From Candidatus Poseidoniaceae archaeon (GTDB taxonomy: Archaea; Thermoplasmatota; Poseidoniia; Poseidoniales; Poseidoniaceae), in NCBI GenBank assembly GCA_022452125.1, contig JAKURJ010000001.1, positions 1-47,035 on the forward strand: a DNA stretch of 47,035 nucleotides, read 5' to 3'. The notes under the pieces were generated by a model. It saw nothing but the letters and a program-made list of their open reading frames with translations. It searched no databases and was not told where the DNA came from. This document shows positions 26,748 to 35,937 of this stretch, piece after piece (positions within the stretch are counted from its first letter, which is position 1; every line of letters begins with the position of its first letter). The position numbers were made by a program, and so were the translations under genes.

Positions 26748-27303
26748 TTACTGGTTGTGGATAATCGCGTTGGTCGTGGTCAACACAGGTTGGTACACCG
26801 TTAGTCAACAAGGCGCAACTCAAGAAATAAACAGGCCAGGTGCGGATTTTTCTGAATCTCGCGAAGGCGAACTTTCCACTCTAATCGGCTCAGAAGTAGA
26901 CTATGAGATTGAACACTGCTTCGAATCAATGAATGGAGGGGTGCACAACGCCAGCATAACCGTTGAGAGCAACTCAGAGGTACTCTATTCATGGGAAGGA
27001 GATACTGACGAAGGTTGCATAACATATTCTTCCACTGCAGGCGAGGGTGAATTTGTTGTCATCACAATTGTCGATGAAGGTGTAGAAACTACCACTACTC
27101 TGACAACGTGGCCAATGAAAAGCGCCTTTGTTACGGGGCTGATTGTATTCTCATTGTGTACTGTAGCCGTTGCATTTGGTGAGACTTTTGCTAGGGCATT
27201 TGTCAAGAGGAAAATAGAGCAAAATCATTCTGCACCTACGCCTCAAATCGAATCATTTTCACAATCAAATGGAATTTGGCAAGATCCGGTTAGACCAAAT
27301 TAA
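26731..27303 (+). CDS. hypothetical membrane protein (N- and C-terminal TM helices flanking an exposed domain)
   Basis: It has hydrophobic helices WLWIIALVVVNTGWY and GLIVFSLCTVAVAFG. It overlaps the mptE stop by 17 nt. Confidence 0.4.
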   Translation: MMMKSSYWLWIIALVVVNTGWYTVSQQGATQEINRPGADFSESREGELSTLIGSEVDYEIEHCFESMNGGVHNASITVESNSEVLYSWEGDTDEGCITYSSTAGEGEFVVITIVDEGVETTTTLTTWPMKSAFVTGLIVFSLCTVAVAFGETFARAFVKRKIEQNHSAPTPQIESFSQSNGIWQDPVRPN

Positions 27304-30300
27304 TCACAAGAAATCTGCCAAGCTTAACTGCTTGGCATTATCGTTATTGAATAGACTTTCAACGCTATCTGCAAGCCATTCAACATTCTGCTTAGTGTAT
27401 TGGTCTACTCCATAAGTCTCCATGACGTGCATTGTTACTTTGATGTATTTTCTAACCGCGCCTTCAGTTACGGTAAGAGCCAGATTCCCATTACACATGT
27501 CGCCTTCCGCCTTTTTGATTCCGAAAGCACTCATACCTCTTCCCGTTTGTTTGGGCGGCTGGATACATTTTCCAGCCAATGGCATTCTTCGATAGGAATG
27601 GCCACACTTCAAACAACGAACCTTCTGTCTAGTAAATGCCACAAGGTTACCTCTCAAATCTGGTAGGAAGTGTGAGCGGATAACACTGGATGCAACCGTA
27701 CGAACGTTTACGCCTCGAAGTCTGTGACCCAAAGAGAGTTGTCCAATCATTTTGTCAATCATTGTCTCTAGTGTTTTGTATGCCGAGAGAGGCGGCCCTT
27801 CAGCCATGCTCTTGGTTGAATGCGTGTAACCCATCCCGCGAACTGCACCGATTGTTCCAAGCCTACGTTCTATGAAGTCCATTTTGTCTGCAAGAGCCTT
27901 GGGATGAGGTTGCTCAAGCGTCGCCTCGTAAAACCACCTTTCGTAGTGCCATGCAGAATCAACATTCAGGGCTTCTTTGTCGACTTCAGTAGGGTTTAAT
28001 CTAGTTGTCAACACCAATGGCGCGTCCATCTTTCCACCGCGATTAGCCGGTAAAATGTCTCTGCTGAAGTTTAGCAAACCGTCCATTAGCAACATAATCG
28101 CATCTTCATCACCATCACAATTTCTTCGTTTTGCAGCATGGAAAAGCGGGTGCGCATATCCTCCAGAACTGTTTGAGAAACCAATCAGTCTAGAGAGAAC
28201 CCCTCCGGATGTGTGGGGCGCCAATGCACAAATTAGGTGTCCGACAAGATCCTCTGGTTTGTCGACATGGTAGTAAGGCTCTAGTCCATAAAATCGAACC
28301 AACAATTCATCGATATATTGTGCAGCTCGAACGAAATAATCTGCACCATTTCTTGCCAAGATGAAATCCTGTGGGAAGATTTCTAACATCTGAGTGTCGC
28401 TTTGCAATTCTTCTCCGAAGCAATCATGAGTGTAGCCGAGATGCTTCAATTGGTTCCAATCAACTCCAATTTCTTCAGGCGTGAAGTGGGTAACAGGAAC
28501 ATCGCTCATATCGAATCTAATGGTTCCATCTCTGAATACAGGAAGCCCGTGCTTCGCTCGTAGTATCCCTTTTTCAACAGCCTCAGGAGTTTGATTTTTA
28601 CTCATCAATTTCTTTAGCCCTTTCATTTTCTTTGGCACTCTATCGATGCCTAATGAGATTCTAGCATCTTCAAGTAAATTGTCAATACGGATGGTTTGTA
28701 ACTCGCCTCTACGTCTCGAGTTTTGCTTTTCATTAGAGACTCTTAACTCGGTTCTGCCTCCACAAACTTCACCGGGCTTTTCTTCACCAAAATCGTCCAA
28801 TTTTCTGTGATGACAATTAATCATTGGAGATTTCTTTCCACAAACTGTACAGAACCGAACTCCCATTTCTACTCGCAAATCTTGTTGTTCAGCAGAGTTT
28901 GCAATCAGTCTTTGATTGCCTCCCGAAAGAGCGATTGGAAATAGAGAATGAACAGTCGGCTTTTCTCTTGGCGCACTCTTTTCTGGACGCCCCATTCTGC
29001 AACCCACTCTAACAGGAGCAGAATGCTCCCACCTTAGGCGAGAAATTTGTCGGATTTGAGTCAAGATTCCATCCACTTGGTGGTCGTCTTCTAAGATCTG
29101 TGCGCGTAGGTACTCTTCAGGATTTTTTGGGCCGGGGTCAGGCAATTGATTTGCAGCATCCCTACCAATTTTATCGGTTTCAGCGATTCCTAAACCCCGT
29201 TGCCTTGCATTGGTTTCAGCAGCAATCCTGGCCGTAGAACGTTTCTGCTCCAACTCGCCTTTACGCTTCTGTTCTTCGTCTAGAACTACAACGGCATTAC
29301 GCAACTCAGTAATTCTGTTTCTGAATACGGCTTCAGCATCTTCTATCCGCATAGGGGCTTTGCCTTTGATTGTGAATCCTAATCCATCCAACATTGCTTC
29401 CCAGCCTTCTGTAATCACAAGGTCGTCACCCTCGTGATGGTGAGCCAATCCTAACATTAGGGCGCTACCTTTGACGAGTCCATGGATTCTGAGTACCCAT
29501 CCATGAGGCAAAGTATCGGAAAAGATTCTATCTTCAACTGGAATACTAGGGCCGGGGATTGAATCATAATCTAAAGCAGATTCTACCTCCGGACGTAATT
29601 CGTCCATCTCATCGGCATTCCATCCTTTTACGCCATCAATGAAACGAAGATTTCCATTTCTTACCGTCGCAGTTTCTACTGCTTGAAGCAAGGCTGGAAC
29701 CCATTCAATTGGCAAATCCAGCCACCATGGATTGTGAGAGCCGACTAGAGATGTTGCGAATCTGATTGAGATTTCTTTGGCAGACTCCCAAGAAGGATTC
29801 AGCGAAATCAGCGAATCTCTCCACTTTCTGCGAATGTGAAATCGTTCATCCAAGTCTGTGGATTGATTTATTGGCAAACCAGGCGTGCCTTCCGGCATAT
29901 CTTTTCTATCGGTTCCAATAATTCTACAGAACTCATCAACCGCTTGATCACTGTCCAATGCATCGATTAAATCAGCAGCCCACCAATCGTGTGAATAGGC
30001 AGCTGGAACCAAGTTCTTGTTGTTCTCCATGAACTCTCCATAGCCTAGAACTAACTCACCATTATCCCAAATTGATGAGATATCTTTTCTGTCTTTTTGG
30101 AAAGATTCGAGGTCATTATATTGCTTGAAATCTCCGTTTCGCAGAATTGCCCATGGCCCCTCAGCAATGTCACAGGGAGTAATCGCACATGCCTTTCCTG
30201 GCCTTTCGATTTTCATTTGAGTACCTACTGCAATGAAATCATCCATCGCTGCCATAGATGCTGCATTACACGAGCCGGCTGCTAAACCTGAAGGCCTAGC

Positions 30301-31347
30301 TCTTCCGTACCTGAGGCGAAAACCTCCTGGCTCTAGTGGTGCTCCAAAAACAGGACGGCCTGCAATAATATCCTTCATGAATTTTGAAATTTCTGGGACT
30401 TTGCGAGATGTGAATCCGTCACCATCTCCTGTTTTTTCTTCGTCTTTGTTCTTATTTGCAAAAGTGGAAATGAAATCCCAACCAGGGACCTTTAACCGTT
30501 CAGTATGCCTTTGAATTTTAGGAGCCTTCAGACACAAACCTTCTCCAATAACTAGCAAAACTCCACCTCGAATTCTTGCTTCGTCAATATTTCTAACACG
30601 ACCATATCCGGCGCATTCTATGTCTTCTGTTGATTCTCCGTTAACCATTACTGGACATGCTCTGACGATTGTATCTACTTCTTCGGGAGGCGGGCGATAT
30701 TGCAAATTACCTCGGTATAATCCAAACTCTTCCTTTACTCTCTCTACTTCATCGTCAGTTGGTTTGTACGCGTCTACATTCAATTCTCGACGAATCATAT
30801 CGCCGATTAATACCGCTAGCGCCTGTGCAGTACCACCTGCTGCGCGGATAGGTCCAGCAAAGTGAATTGAAAGGAATTGGCTGCCGTCTAGATTTGGCAA
30901 TAGTCTTACTTCACTAATCCCTTCCAGGGGCGCTACTAGTACCGCTTCAGTAAGAATGGCAAGGCCTACGCGAAGTCCAACGTCGATGCTTTTTTGCAAA
31001 TCGTGCCCGTCGTCTCTGAACCTTTTAGCAACAATTGTAGCCATCTTAATCGAGGTTGTTTCACGGTCATTTTCTGCCAACAATTTACGGATGTCATCAG
31101 CAACTTCAGCACCTTCAAGGTGCTCAACTAGAAGTTTTTCAGTACGGCTAGCCAAATCAGAAGCTCGAGGAATTTCAACTTCTAGCGAGTGATCAAGTCC
31201 CTTTGCTCTAGCTCTTGCAGCGATTTTGTACGCCTCTTCAGTTCTCTCATCGAGCCATTCTTCATAGGATTCCATTTCCCTTTCCAGACGCTCGATATCA
31301 AGACCCAACAGGGGGTCGTGAACATCTCTTGCGCCCTGCTGACTCAT
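27304..31347 (-). CDS. polC: DNA polymerase II (PolD) large subunit DP2
   Basis: The 1347-aa protein has characteristic DP2 blocks (FAGPIRAAGGTAQA, RYGRARPSGLAAG, CDGDEDA...LLMDGLLNFS, GKMDAPLVLT). It also has Cys-cluster zinc modules (CTVCGK...CHH, CLKCGH...). Confidence 0.92.
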   Translation of the reverse strand: MSQQGARDVHDPLLGLDIERLEREMESYEEWLDERTEEAYKIAARARAKGLDHSLEVEIPRASDLASRTEKLLVEHLEGAEVADDIRKLLAENDRETTSIKMATIVAKRFRDDGHDLQKSIDVGLRVGLAILTEAVLVAPLEGISEVRLLPNLDGSQFLSIHFAGPIRAAGGTAQALAVLIGDMIRRELNVDAYKPTDDEVERVKEEFGLYRGNLQYRPPPEEVDTIVRACPVMVNGESTEDIECAGYGRVRNIDEARIRGGVLLVIGEGLCLKAPKIQRHTERLKVPGWDFISTFANKNKDEEKTGDGDGFTSRKVPEISKFMKDIIAGRPVFGAPLEPGGFRLRYGRARPSGLAAGSCNAASMAAMDDFIAVGTQMKIERPGKACAITPCDIAEGPWAILRNGDFKQYNDLESFQKDRKDISSIWDNGELVLGYGEFMENNKNLVPAAYSHDWWAADLIDALDSDQAVDEFCRIIGTDRKDMPEGTPGLPINQSTDLDERFHIRRKWRDSLISLNPSWESAKEISIRFATSLVGSHNPWWLDLPIEWVPALLQAVETATVRNGNLRFIDGVKGWNADEMDELRPEVESALDYDSIPGPSIPVEDRIFSDTLPHGWVLRIHGLVKGSALMLGLAHHHEGDDLVITEGWEAMLDGLGFTIKGKAPMRIEDAEAVFRNRITELRNAVVVLDEEQKRKGELEQKRSTARIAAETNARQRGLGIAETDKIGRDAANQLPDPGPKNPEEYLRAQILEDDHQVDGILTQIRQISRLRWEHSAPVRVGCRMGRPEKSAPREKPTVHSLFPIALSGGNQRLIANSAEQQDLRVEMGVRFCTVCGKKSPMINCHHRKLDDFGEEKPGEVCGGRTELRVSNEKQNSRRRGELQTIRIDNLLEDARISLGIDRVPKKMKGLKKLMSKNQTPEAVEKGILRAKHGLPVFRDGTIRFDMSDVPVTHFTPEEIGVDWNQLKHLGYTHDCFGEELQSDTQMLEIFPQDFILARNGADYFVRAAQYIDELLVRFYGLEPYYHVDKPEDLVGHLICALAPHTSGGVLSRLIGFSNSSGGYAHPLFHAAKRRNCDGDEDAIMLLMDGLLNFSRDILPANRGGKMDAPLVLTTRLNPTEVDKEALNVDSAWHYERWFYEATLEQPHPKALADKMDFIERRLGTIGAVRGMGYTHSTKSMAEGPPLSAYKTLETMIDKMIGQLSLGHRLRGVNVRTVASSVIRSHFLPDLRGNLVAFTRQKVRCLKCGHSYRRMPLAGKCIQPPKQTGRGMSAFGIKKAEGDMCNGNLALTVTEGAVRKYIKVTMHVMETYGVDQYTKQNVEWLADSVESLFNNDNAKQLSLADFL

Positions 31348-31448
31348 GGCTACCTATCTGCGCTCCTTGTAGGTGGCTCATAAGGGCTACCACACAATGC
31401 AATATCTCCTAGGGAAGGTTCATTCCCCTCAAACTGATGGCCTAGTAC

Positions 31449-32042
31449 ATGTCGGTCCCCCAGCAACTACGCAACGACCCTCGATGGGCCCGCCTTGTGG
31501 ATTTAGTCAGAGAGTTAGCATTTCTCGACGGCGGCAATGACGAAGCATTCACTTTAGCCAGTGGTAGAACTTCACGTTGGTTTTTCGATATGAAGCCTGT
31601 AATGATGCACCCTGAAGCAGGCCGTTTGGTGGGACAATTAATGAATGCTCGATGTGATGAAATCGGTGCAGATTTCGTAGGTGGATTAGAACTCGGAGCA
31701 GTCCCACTGGCTGCATTGGTTGTTGCAACCGACTTTACTTCAGAAAGACTAGGATTCATGGTACGCAAGCAGGCAAAAGGGCGAGGAGGAAGAAAGACGA
31801 ACAATCCTCCAGGAATCGAGGGGGCATCAATTTCAGAAGGAGGCAAAGTAATCATTCTTGAAGATGTTACTACAACCGGAGGCTCTGCAATCCAAGCAGT
31901 CAAGAGAATCGAGGATGAGACCTCCTGTGAAGTCGTAGCAGTAATCAGTATTCTAGACCGTCAAGAAGGTGGGAAAGAAGCATTTGAGGATGCAGGAATA
32001 GCATTCGAGAGCCTATTGGTTCGCTCCGATATATCCGGGTGA
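31449..32042 (+). CDS. pyrE: orotate phosphoribosyltransferase
   Basis: It has the PRPP-binding loop VIILEDVTTTGGS, FTLASGRTSRWFFD and a type I PRTase layout. Confidence 0.85.
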   Translation: MSVPQQLRNDPRWARLVDLVRELAFLDGGNDEAFTLASGRTSRWFFDMKPVMMHPEAGRLVGQLMNARCDEIGADFVGGLELGAVPLAALVVATDFTSERLGFMVRKQAKGRGGRKTNNPPGIEGASISEGGKVIILEDVTTTGGSAIQAVKRIEDETSCEVVAVISILDRQEGGKEAFEDAGIAFESLLVRSDISG

Positions 32043-33268
32043 ATACTTTGGAACTGAGTCCTAGTCAGGCAGACCTTAGCGGTCCTACCGCAAATGATTC
32101 AACCGCACCAGAAGGATTAGTTTTTCATTATGCAGATGAGGCTAAACCTCTAGCAACTCCTTGGCAGGTAGCGGTTGAAAGAGCCAAGATGGTTAGGAAA
32201 TGCGGTTTGCCAGGTGGCGCGATTTTGGACCCTGCATGCGGAAGCGGGATTCAATTAGCAGCCTATTGCGCCATGATAAGCAGAGAGGGCTTTGGCATAG
32301 AAATGGACGAATCTACAGCAAAGGCAGCTAATTCTAATCTCAGGAGAGTAGCTGAACATGGCTTTGGCCAATCATTGCTATCTTCAACCATTAAAATCGG
32401 CGACGGAACAATTGGTGAATATGAGCAAAAATTTGCCATGTTGCACCTCGACCCTGCAAGACCTCGAAACTCTCGTACCCACGGCCTAGATGAGATGGCC
32501 CCCAGACTACCTGAAATTTTTGAAGCGTGGAAAGACGCACTGAATCATGGCGAAAGAGGTCCAGCGATTCTGTTGGATTTGTCTCCACGATTGGATAACA
32601 GTCAACGCCTTGAGGTTGAAGAAATAGTTGAATCATTTTGGCCCAATATTGGAAAAACTTGGGTGTGGACTAGCCGTGGTAGAGGCAGAGTGGATCGCCT
32701 ATCTTTGTGGGTTGGCCAATTGTCAACACCTGGAATATCTCGCAGATTTGTTCGTATCCCACCAGATTTCAAAGATAAACCATTGATAATCGAAGGGGAT
32801 TTTGAAGAAATATCCGAGCACCGTAGGCCACCAAGAAAAGGCGAGCACGTCAGTATTCTAGACGCAGCATTGGTCGAATCAGGCCTAGCTTTACATTTCT
32901 TGAGAGACTTGATTCCGGGACAAGAAATCACATGGAGCATTATCGATGGACGTAGACCTCAAATCCATCATTCACAGCCAATTATTTTTGAAAATAAACA
33001 AGAAAAAATGCTCGTACAGGCCACTGGAAGAATTGTAAAATTGGTTCATTCTGAATTGTCCTTAGAAACAATTTCCCACCTTGTAGAAGCATCTAGGGAT
33101 TATGGATTTGGCAAATTGACCCTACGGGTCGCACTTGAACCACAGTTGCAGCCAAAGCTTCAGGGAAGCCTCGACAGGCAACTTTTTTCCAAGGGGGGAG
33201 AGCATGTTGGATTTGTTGCGAAACAACCCCATGATTCGATGCTACTTTTGTGCCTTGAAACACAATAG
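32039..33268 (+). CDS. class I SAM-dependent methyltransferase with a C-terminal THUMP-like extension (putative RNA methyltransferase)
   Basis: Motif I is ILDPACGSGIQ and motif IV-like is LHLDPARP. The ~200-aa C-terminal extension is only tentatively called THUMP-like. It overlaps pyrE by 4 nt. Confidence 0.5.
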   Translation: MNTLELSPSQADLSGPTANDSTAPEGLVFHYADEAKPLATPWQVAVERAKMVRKCGLPGGAILDPACGSGIQLAAYCAMISREGFGIEMDESTAKAANSNLRRVAEHGFGQSLLSSTIKIGDGTIGEYEQKFAMLHLDPARPRNSRTHGLDEMAPRLPEIFEAWKDALNHGERGPAILLDLSPRLDNSQRLEVEEIVESFWPNIGKTWVWTSRGRGRVDRLSLWVGQLSTPGISRRFVRIPPDFKDKPLIIEGDFEEISEHRRPPRKGEHVSILDAALVESGLALHFLRDLIPGQEITWSIIDGRRPQIHHSQPIIFENKQEKMLVQATGRIVKLVHSELSLETISHLVEASRDYGFGKLTLRVALEPQLQPKLQGSLDRQLFSKGGEHVGFVAKQPHDSMLLLCLETQ

Positions 33269-33412
33269 GCTTTTAGCACCACGAACAGAGGGTTAGAAAA
33301 TGGCGAATCTGTGGCGCAGTCTCGCGAATGATGAATCGCGGTCTTGATATAGGGGAGGTTTGTCGCAAAGTCGCTCGACATCATGTTGTACGCGTTGAAC
33401 AGGTGAACTGTA

Positions 33413-33874
33413 ATGGCTAATGAACAAGAATTGGGAGACGACTTCTCCTACATGCTTCGAATGGCAGATACCGATATTGACGGTTTGAGGCCACTAAGGA
33501 CTGCGCTCACTGCTGTCCGTGGTGTTGGCGACCGAACTGCAGCTAATATCTGCAGAATAACAGGATTCGATCCTAGTATGAAGGCTGGACACCTTGATAC
33601 CGCTCAGCAGGAAACCTTGCGTGAAGCGATTGAGAACTATGCTCAAAACGTCCCACTATGGATGCTGAACCGTCAGCGCGACCTAGAATCCGGTGATGAA
33701 CTACATCTTTCCGGACAAGATCTCAAACTCACTCATGAAGACGATATCAGTCGTCTTCGTGGAATCAAGTGCTACCGTGGAGTACGCCACGCTGGCGGCC
33801 ACAAAGTACGTGGACAGCGCGGCCGTTCCAACGGCCGATTTGGTCTGACTCTTGGAGTACAGCGAAAGAAGTGA
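33413..33874 (+). CDS. rps13: 30S ribosomal protein S13 (uS13)
   Basis: It contains LTAVRGVGDRTAANICR and CYRGVRHAGGHKVRGQR, which are classic uS13 motifs. Confidence 0.92.
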   Translation: MANEQELGDDFSYMLRMADTDIDGLRPLRTALTAVRGVGDRTAANICRITGFDPSMKAGHLDTAQQETLREAIENYAQNVPLWMLNRQRDLESGDELHLSGQDLKLTHEDDISRLRGIKCYRGVRHAGGHKVRGQRGRSNGRFGLTLGVQRKK

Positions 33875-33889
33875 TAGGGGGAATAAGAC

Positions 33890-34549
33890 ATGGGACATCC
33901 AAAATTTGCTCGACCTAAGTACGACACTCCTCCTCATCCTTGGAAGGCTGACAGAATTGAAGAAGAACACGCAATCAAGGCAAATCACGGTCTAAAGAAC
34001 ATGACCGAGATTTGGAAAGCAAAGTCTGCTCTACGCCGTATTCGTGGCCAAGCTATGAAGTTGATTGGTCGTGTGGACACATCCGAAGGCCACTGCTCTC
34101 GTGAGAAGGATGCTTTACTTGCATCACTTAACCGAAAGGGACTGATTGCAACCGACGCAATTCTGGACGACATCCTTTCTCTATCAGCAGAAGATATTCT
34201 CAATCGCCGTCTACAGGCTCAAGTCTATTACAAGGGTCTTGCATGCTCAATGAAGCAAGCAAGACAACTTGTGACCCACGGACAGATCTGCATTGGCGAT
34301 CAAAAGGTGACAATTCCTTCCTACCCTGTTACCAGAGACGAAGAAGAATTGATTCGCTACCACCCACGCTCCAAGCTAAATGACGAAAACCACATCATTC
34401 GTCAAACAATCTTGGGTGTTCGTGAATCTGCTGAATATGCAGAAGAAGAAGTCGACCCAGAGTTTTCACAATCCGAAGCATCAGAAGTCAATGAATCGGC
34501 TGACGATGCACCTAAGGCAGAAGACACTGTTGTAGGAGGCGGTGAATGA
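33890..34549 (+). CDS. rps4: 30S ribosomal protein S4 (uS4) with an acidic C-terminal tail
   Basis: It starts with MGHPKFARPKYDTPPHPW and has an S4 RNA-binding domain (RRLQAQVYYKGLA...ARQLVTHGQI). An extra ~45-aa D/E-rich tail follows. Confidence 0.9.
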   Translation: MGHPKFARPKYDTPPHPWKADRIEEEHAIKANHGLKNMTEIWKAKSALRRIRGQAMKLIGRVDTSEGHCSREKDALLASLNRKGLIATDAILDDILSLSAEDILNRRLQAQVYYKGLACSMKQARQLVTHGQICIGDQKVTIPSYPVTRDEEELIRYHPRSKLNDENHIIRQTILGVRESAEYAEEEVDPEFSQSEASEVNESADDAPKAEDTVVGGGE

Positions 34550-34929
34550 TGCGCAAGGCAATCATCAATATCTTCTCTAGTTACAACAACGTGTTGTTAA
34601 CTGCAACCGACTTGACAGGAGCTGAAACCATTGCAACATGCTCTGGTGGACAAGTAGTCAAGTCATCCAAAGACTCTGGTGGACAGTTCGCTGCGACACG
34701 TGCAGCTGAAAGAATGGCTGACCAACTAAAGGAGAAAGAATTCACACAGGTCATCGTCAAGTACCGTGGCCCTGGTGGAAACAAGTCAAACAATACTGGT
34801 CCTGGAGCACAGGCAGCAATCCGTGCTCTAACTCGTGCAGGCGTGACAGTTACTCGTATCGAAGATGTAACTCCAATCGCACACGATGGTACAAAGAAGA
34901 AGGGTGGCCGCCGTGGCCGCCGTGTCTGA
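34546..34929 (+). CDS. rps11: 30S ribosomal protein S11 (uS11)
   Basis: It contains IINIFSSYNNVLLTATD, PGAQAAIRAL and THDGTKKKGGRRGRR. Confidence 0.92.
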   Translation: MMRKAIINIFSSYNNVLLTATDLTGAETIATCSGGQVVKSSKDSGGQFAATRAAERMADQLKEKEFTQVIVKYRGPGGNKSNNTGPGAQAAIRALTRAGVTVTRIEDVTPIAHDGTKKKGGRRGRRV

Positions 34930-34938
34930 TTATTTGAG

Positions 34939-35874
34939 GTGTTGAAAATGAAGGCGCAAGTAGTAGAGGGTTGGCCAAAGGACAACAAGATTAGAATCAT
35001 TCTTTCTGAGACAAACGCTGCTCAGGTGAACAGTCTTCGCCGTGCAATTCTCGCAGACGTTCCAAAGATGGCAATCACCAAGGTTCGTTTCGAGCAGGGC
35101 GTAACTCAGGATAACCAAGGAGAAGTTATCGAGTCGGTTAACGTACTTCCTGATGAAGTACTAGCACACCGCCTTGCAATGGTCCCTGTACCTACTTTCC
35201 TAGAGGAATTTGTTTTCCCAGAAGATGACCCAAACAACGAGAACCTTCCTGAAGATCAGTGGGGTTCCCCAATGTCTCAAATCATCTACCATCTTTCAAT
35301 CCGAGGACCAAACTCTGATTCCGATGAAGAGTTCAAGACAGTTTATGCTGGTGACTTGAACGTGCTTGGAGAAACCAAGTTGCAAATCAAGGACGAGCAC
35401 AAGCGCATTCCACTAACCATCCTATCAAGTGGCCAATACCTAGAATTGTACGCTTATGCAACTCTCGGTCGTGGCAGAGACCACGCAAAGTGGTGCCCAG
35501 CAGCTGCAGTAACTTTCCAGCCAAGACAGAAGGCAACTCTTGCAAAGCCGAAGAAGGCAAATGTCCTATTTGACCTAAACTTGACTTCTAAATCGGGTCG
35601 TGAAATCAATTCCAAAATGTTCACAAACAAGGAATGCACAGATGTTGACGCAGTTCTAGACTTGGAGAGAGCACTTCACCAAGTTGGATATGGTACAGGT
35701 CGTGATGAAGCATTCGATAATGCGATTGTCATGGAGGACATCGAAGGAGAATACGTATTCTCATTCGAATCCGATGGTTCACTACCTGCTGAAGAAATCT
35801 TCAACAAGGCTTGCGCAGAACTAGTTTCTCGCTTCGAGAAGATTACCAGCGAAGTCGATGCAGCACTTGCTTGA
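34939..35874 (+). CDS. rpoD: DNA-directed RNA polymerase subunit D (Rpo3)
   Basis: It has NSLRRAILADVP and HRLAMVP motifs and sits after S13-S4-S11. The track start is GTG. The ATG at 34948, preceded by GAGGTG, is the likely start. Confidence 0.85.
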   Translation: MLKMKAQVVEGWPKDNKIRIILSETNAAQVNSLRRAILADVPKMAITKVRFEQGVTQDNQGEVIESVNVLPDEVLAHRLAMVPVPTFLEEFVFPEDDPNNENLPEDQWGSPMSQIIYHLSIRGPNSDSDEEFKTVYAGDLNVLGETKLQIKDEHKRIPLTILSSGQYLELYAYATLGRGRDHAKWCPAAAVTFQPRQKATLAKPKKANVLFDLNLTSKSGREINSKMFTNKECTDVDAVLDLERALHQVGYGTGRDEAFDNAIVMEDIEGEYVFSFESDGSLPAEEIFNKACAELVSRFEKITSEVDAALA

Positions 35875-35937
35875 ATCGCAAATGAGCATCGCCATTCTGG
35901 CGAATTATCATGACCTATCTAGTATAGCGCAAGCACG

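Noticed and set aside
27304-31347. Possible intein in the unusually long PolD DP2.
   Set aside because: I saw no intein splice-junction blocks, meaning no Cys/Ser after a conserved extein break and no ...HN followed by C/S/T, and no homing-endonuclease LAGLIDADG motifs. The extra length seems to come from charged low-complexity inserts.
31442-31903. A 153-aa - strand ORF opposite pyrE.
   Set aside because: pyrE on the + strand has the PRPP loop and full-length PRTase colinearity. The antisense ORF is low-complexity.
33269-33412. The 144-nt gap upstream of rps13 might hold a tRNA or small RNA; it contains small stems CGCGA/TCGCG and TGTCG/CGACA.
   Set aside because: There is no cloverleaf-compatible arrangement and no T-loop or anticodon-arm pattern. 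G+C is ordinary, and the stems are short and could be chance. It is more likely the promoter and 5' leader of the ribosomal protein operon (TATA-like TTGATATA near 33344).
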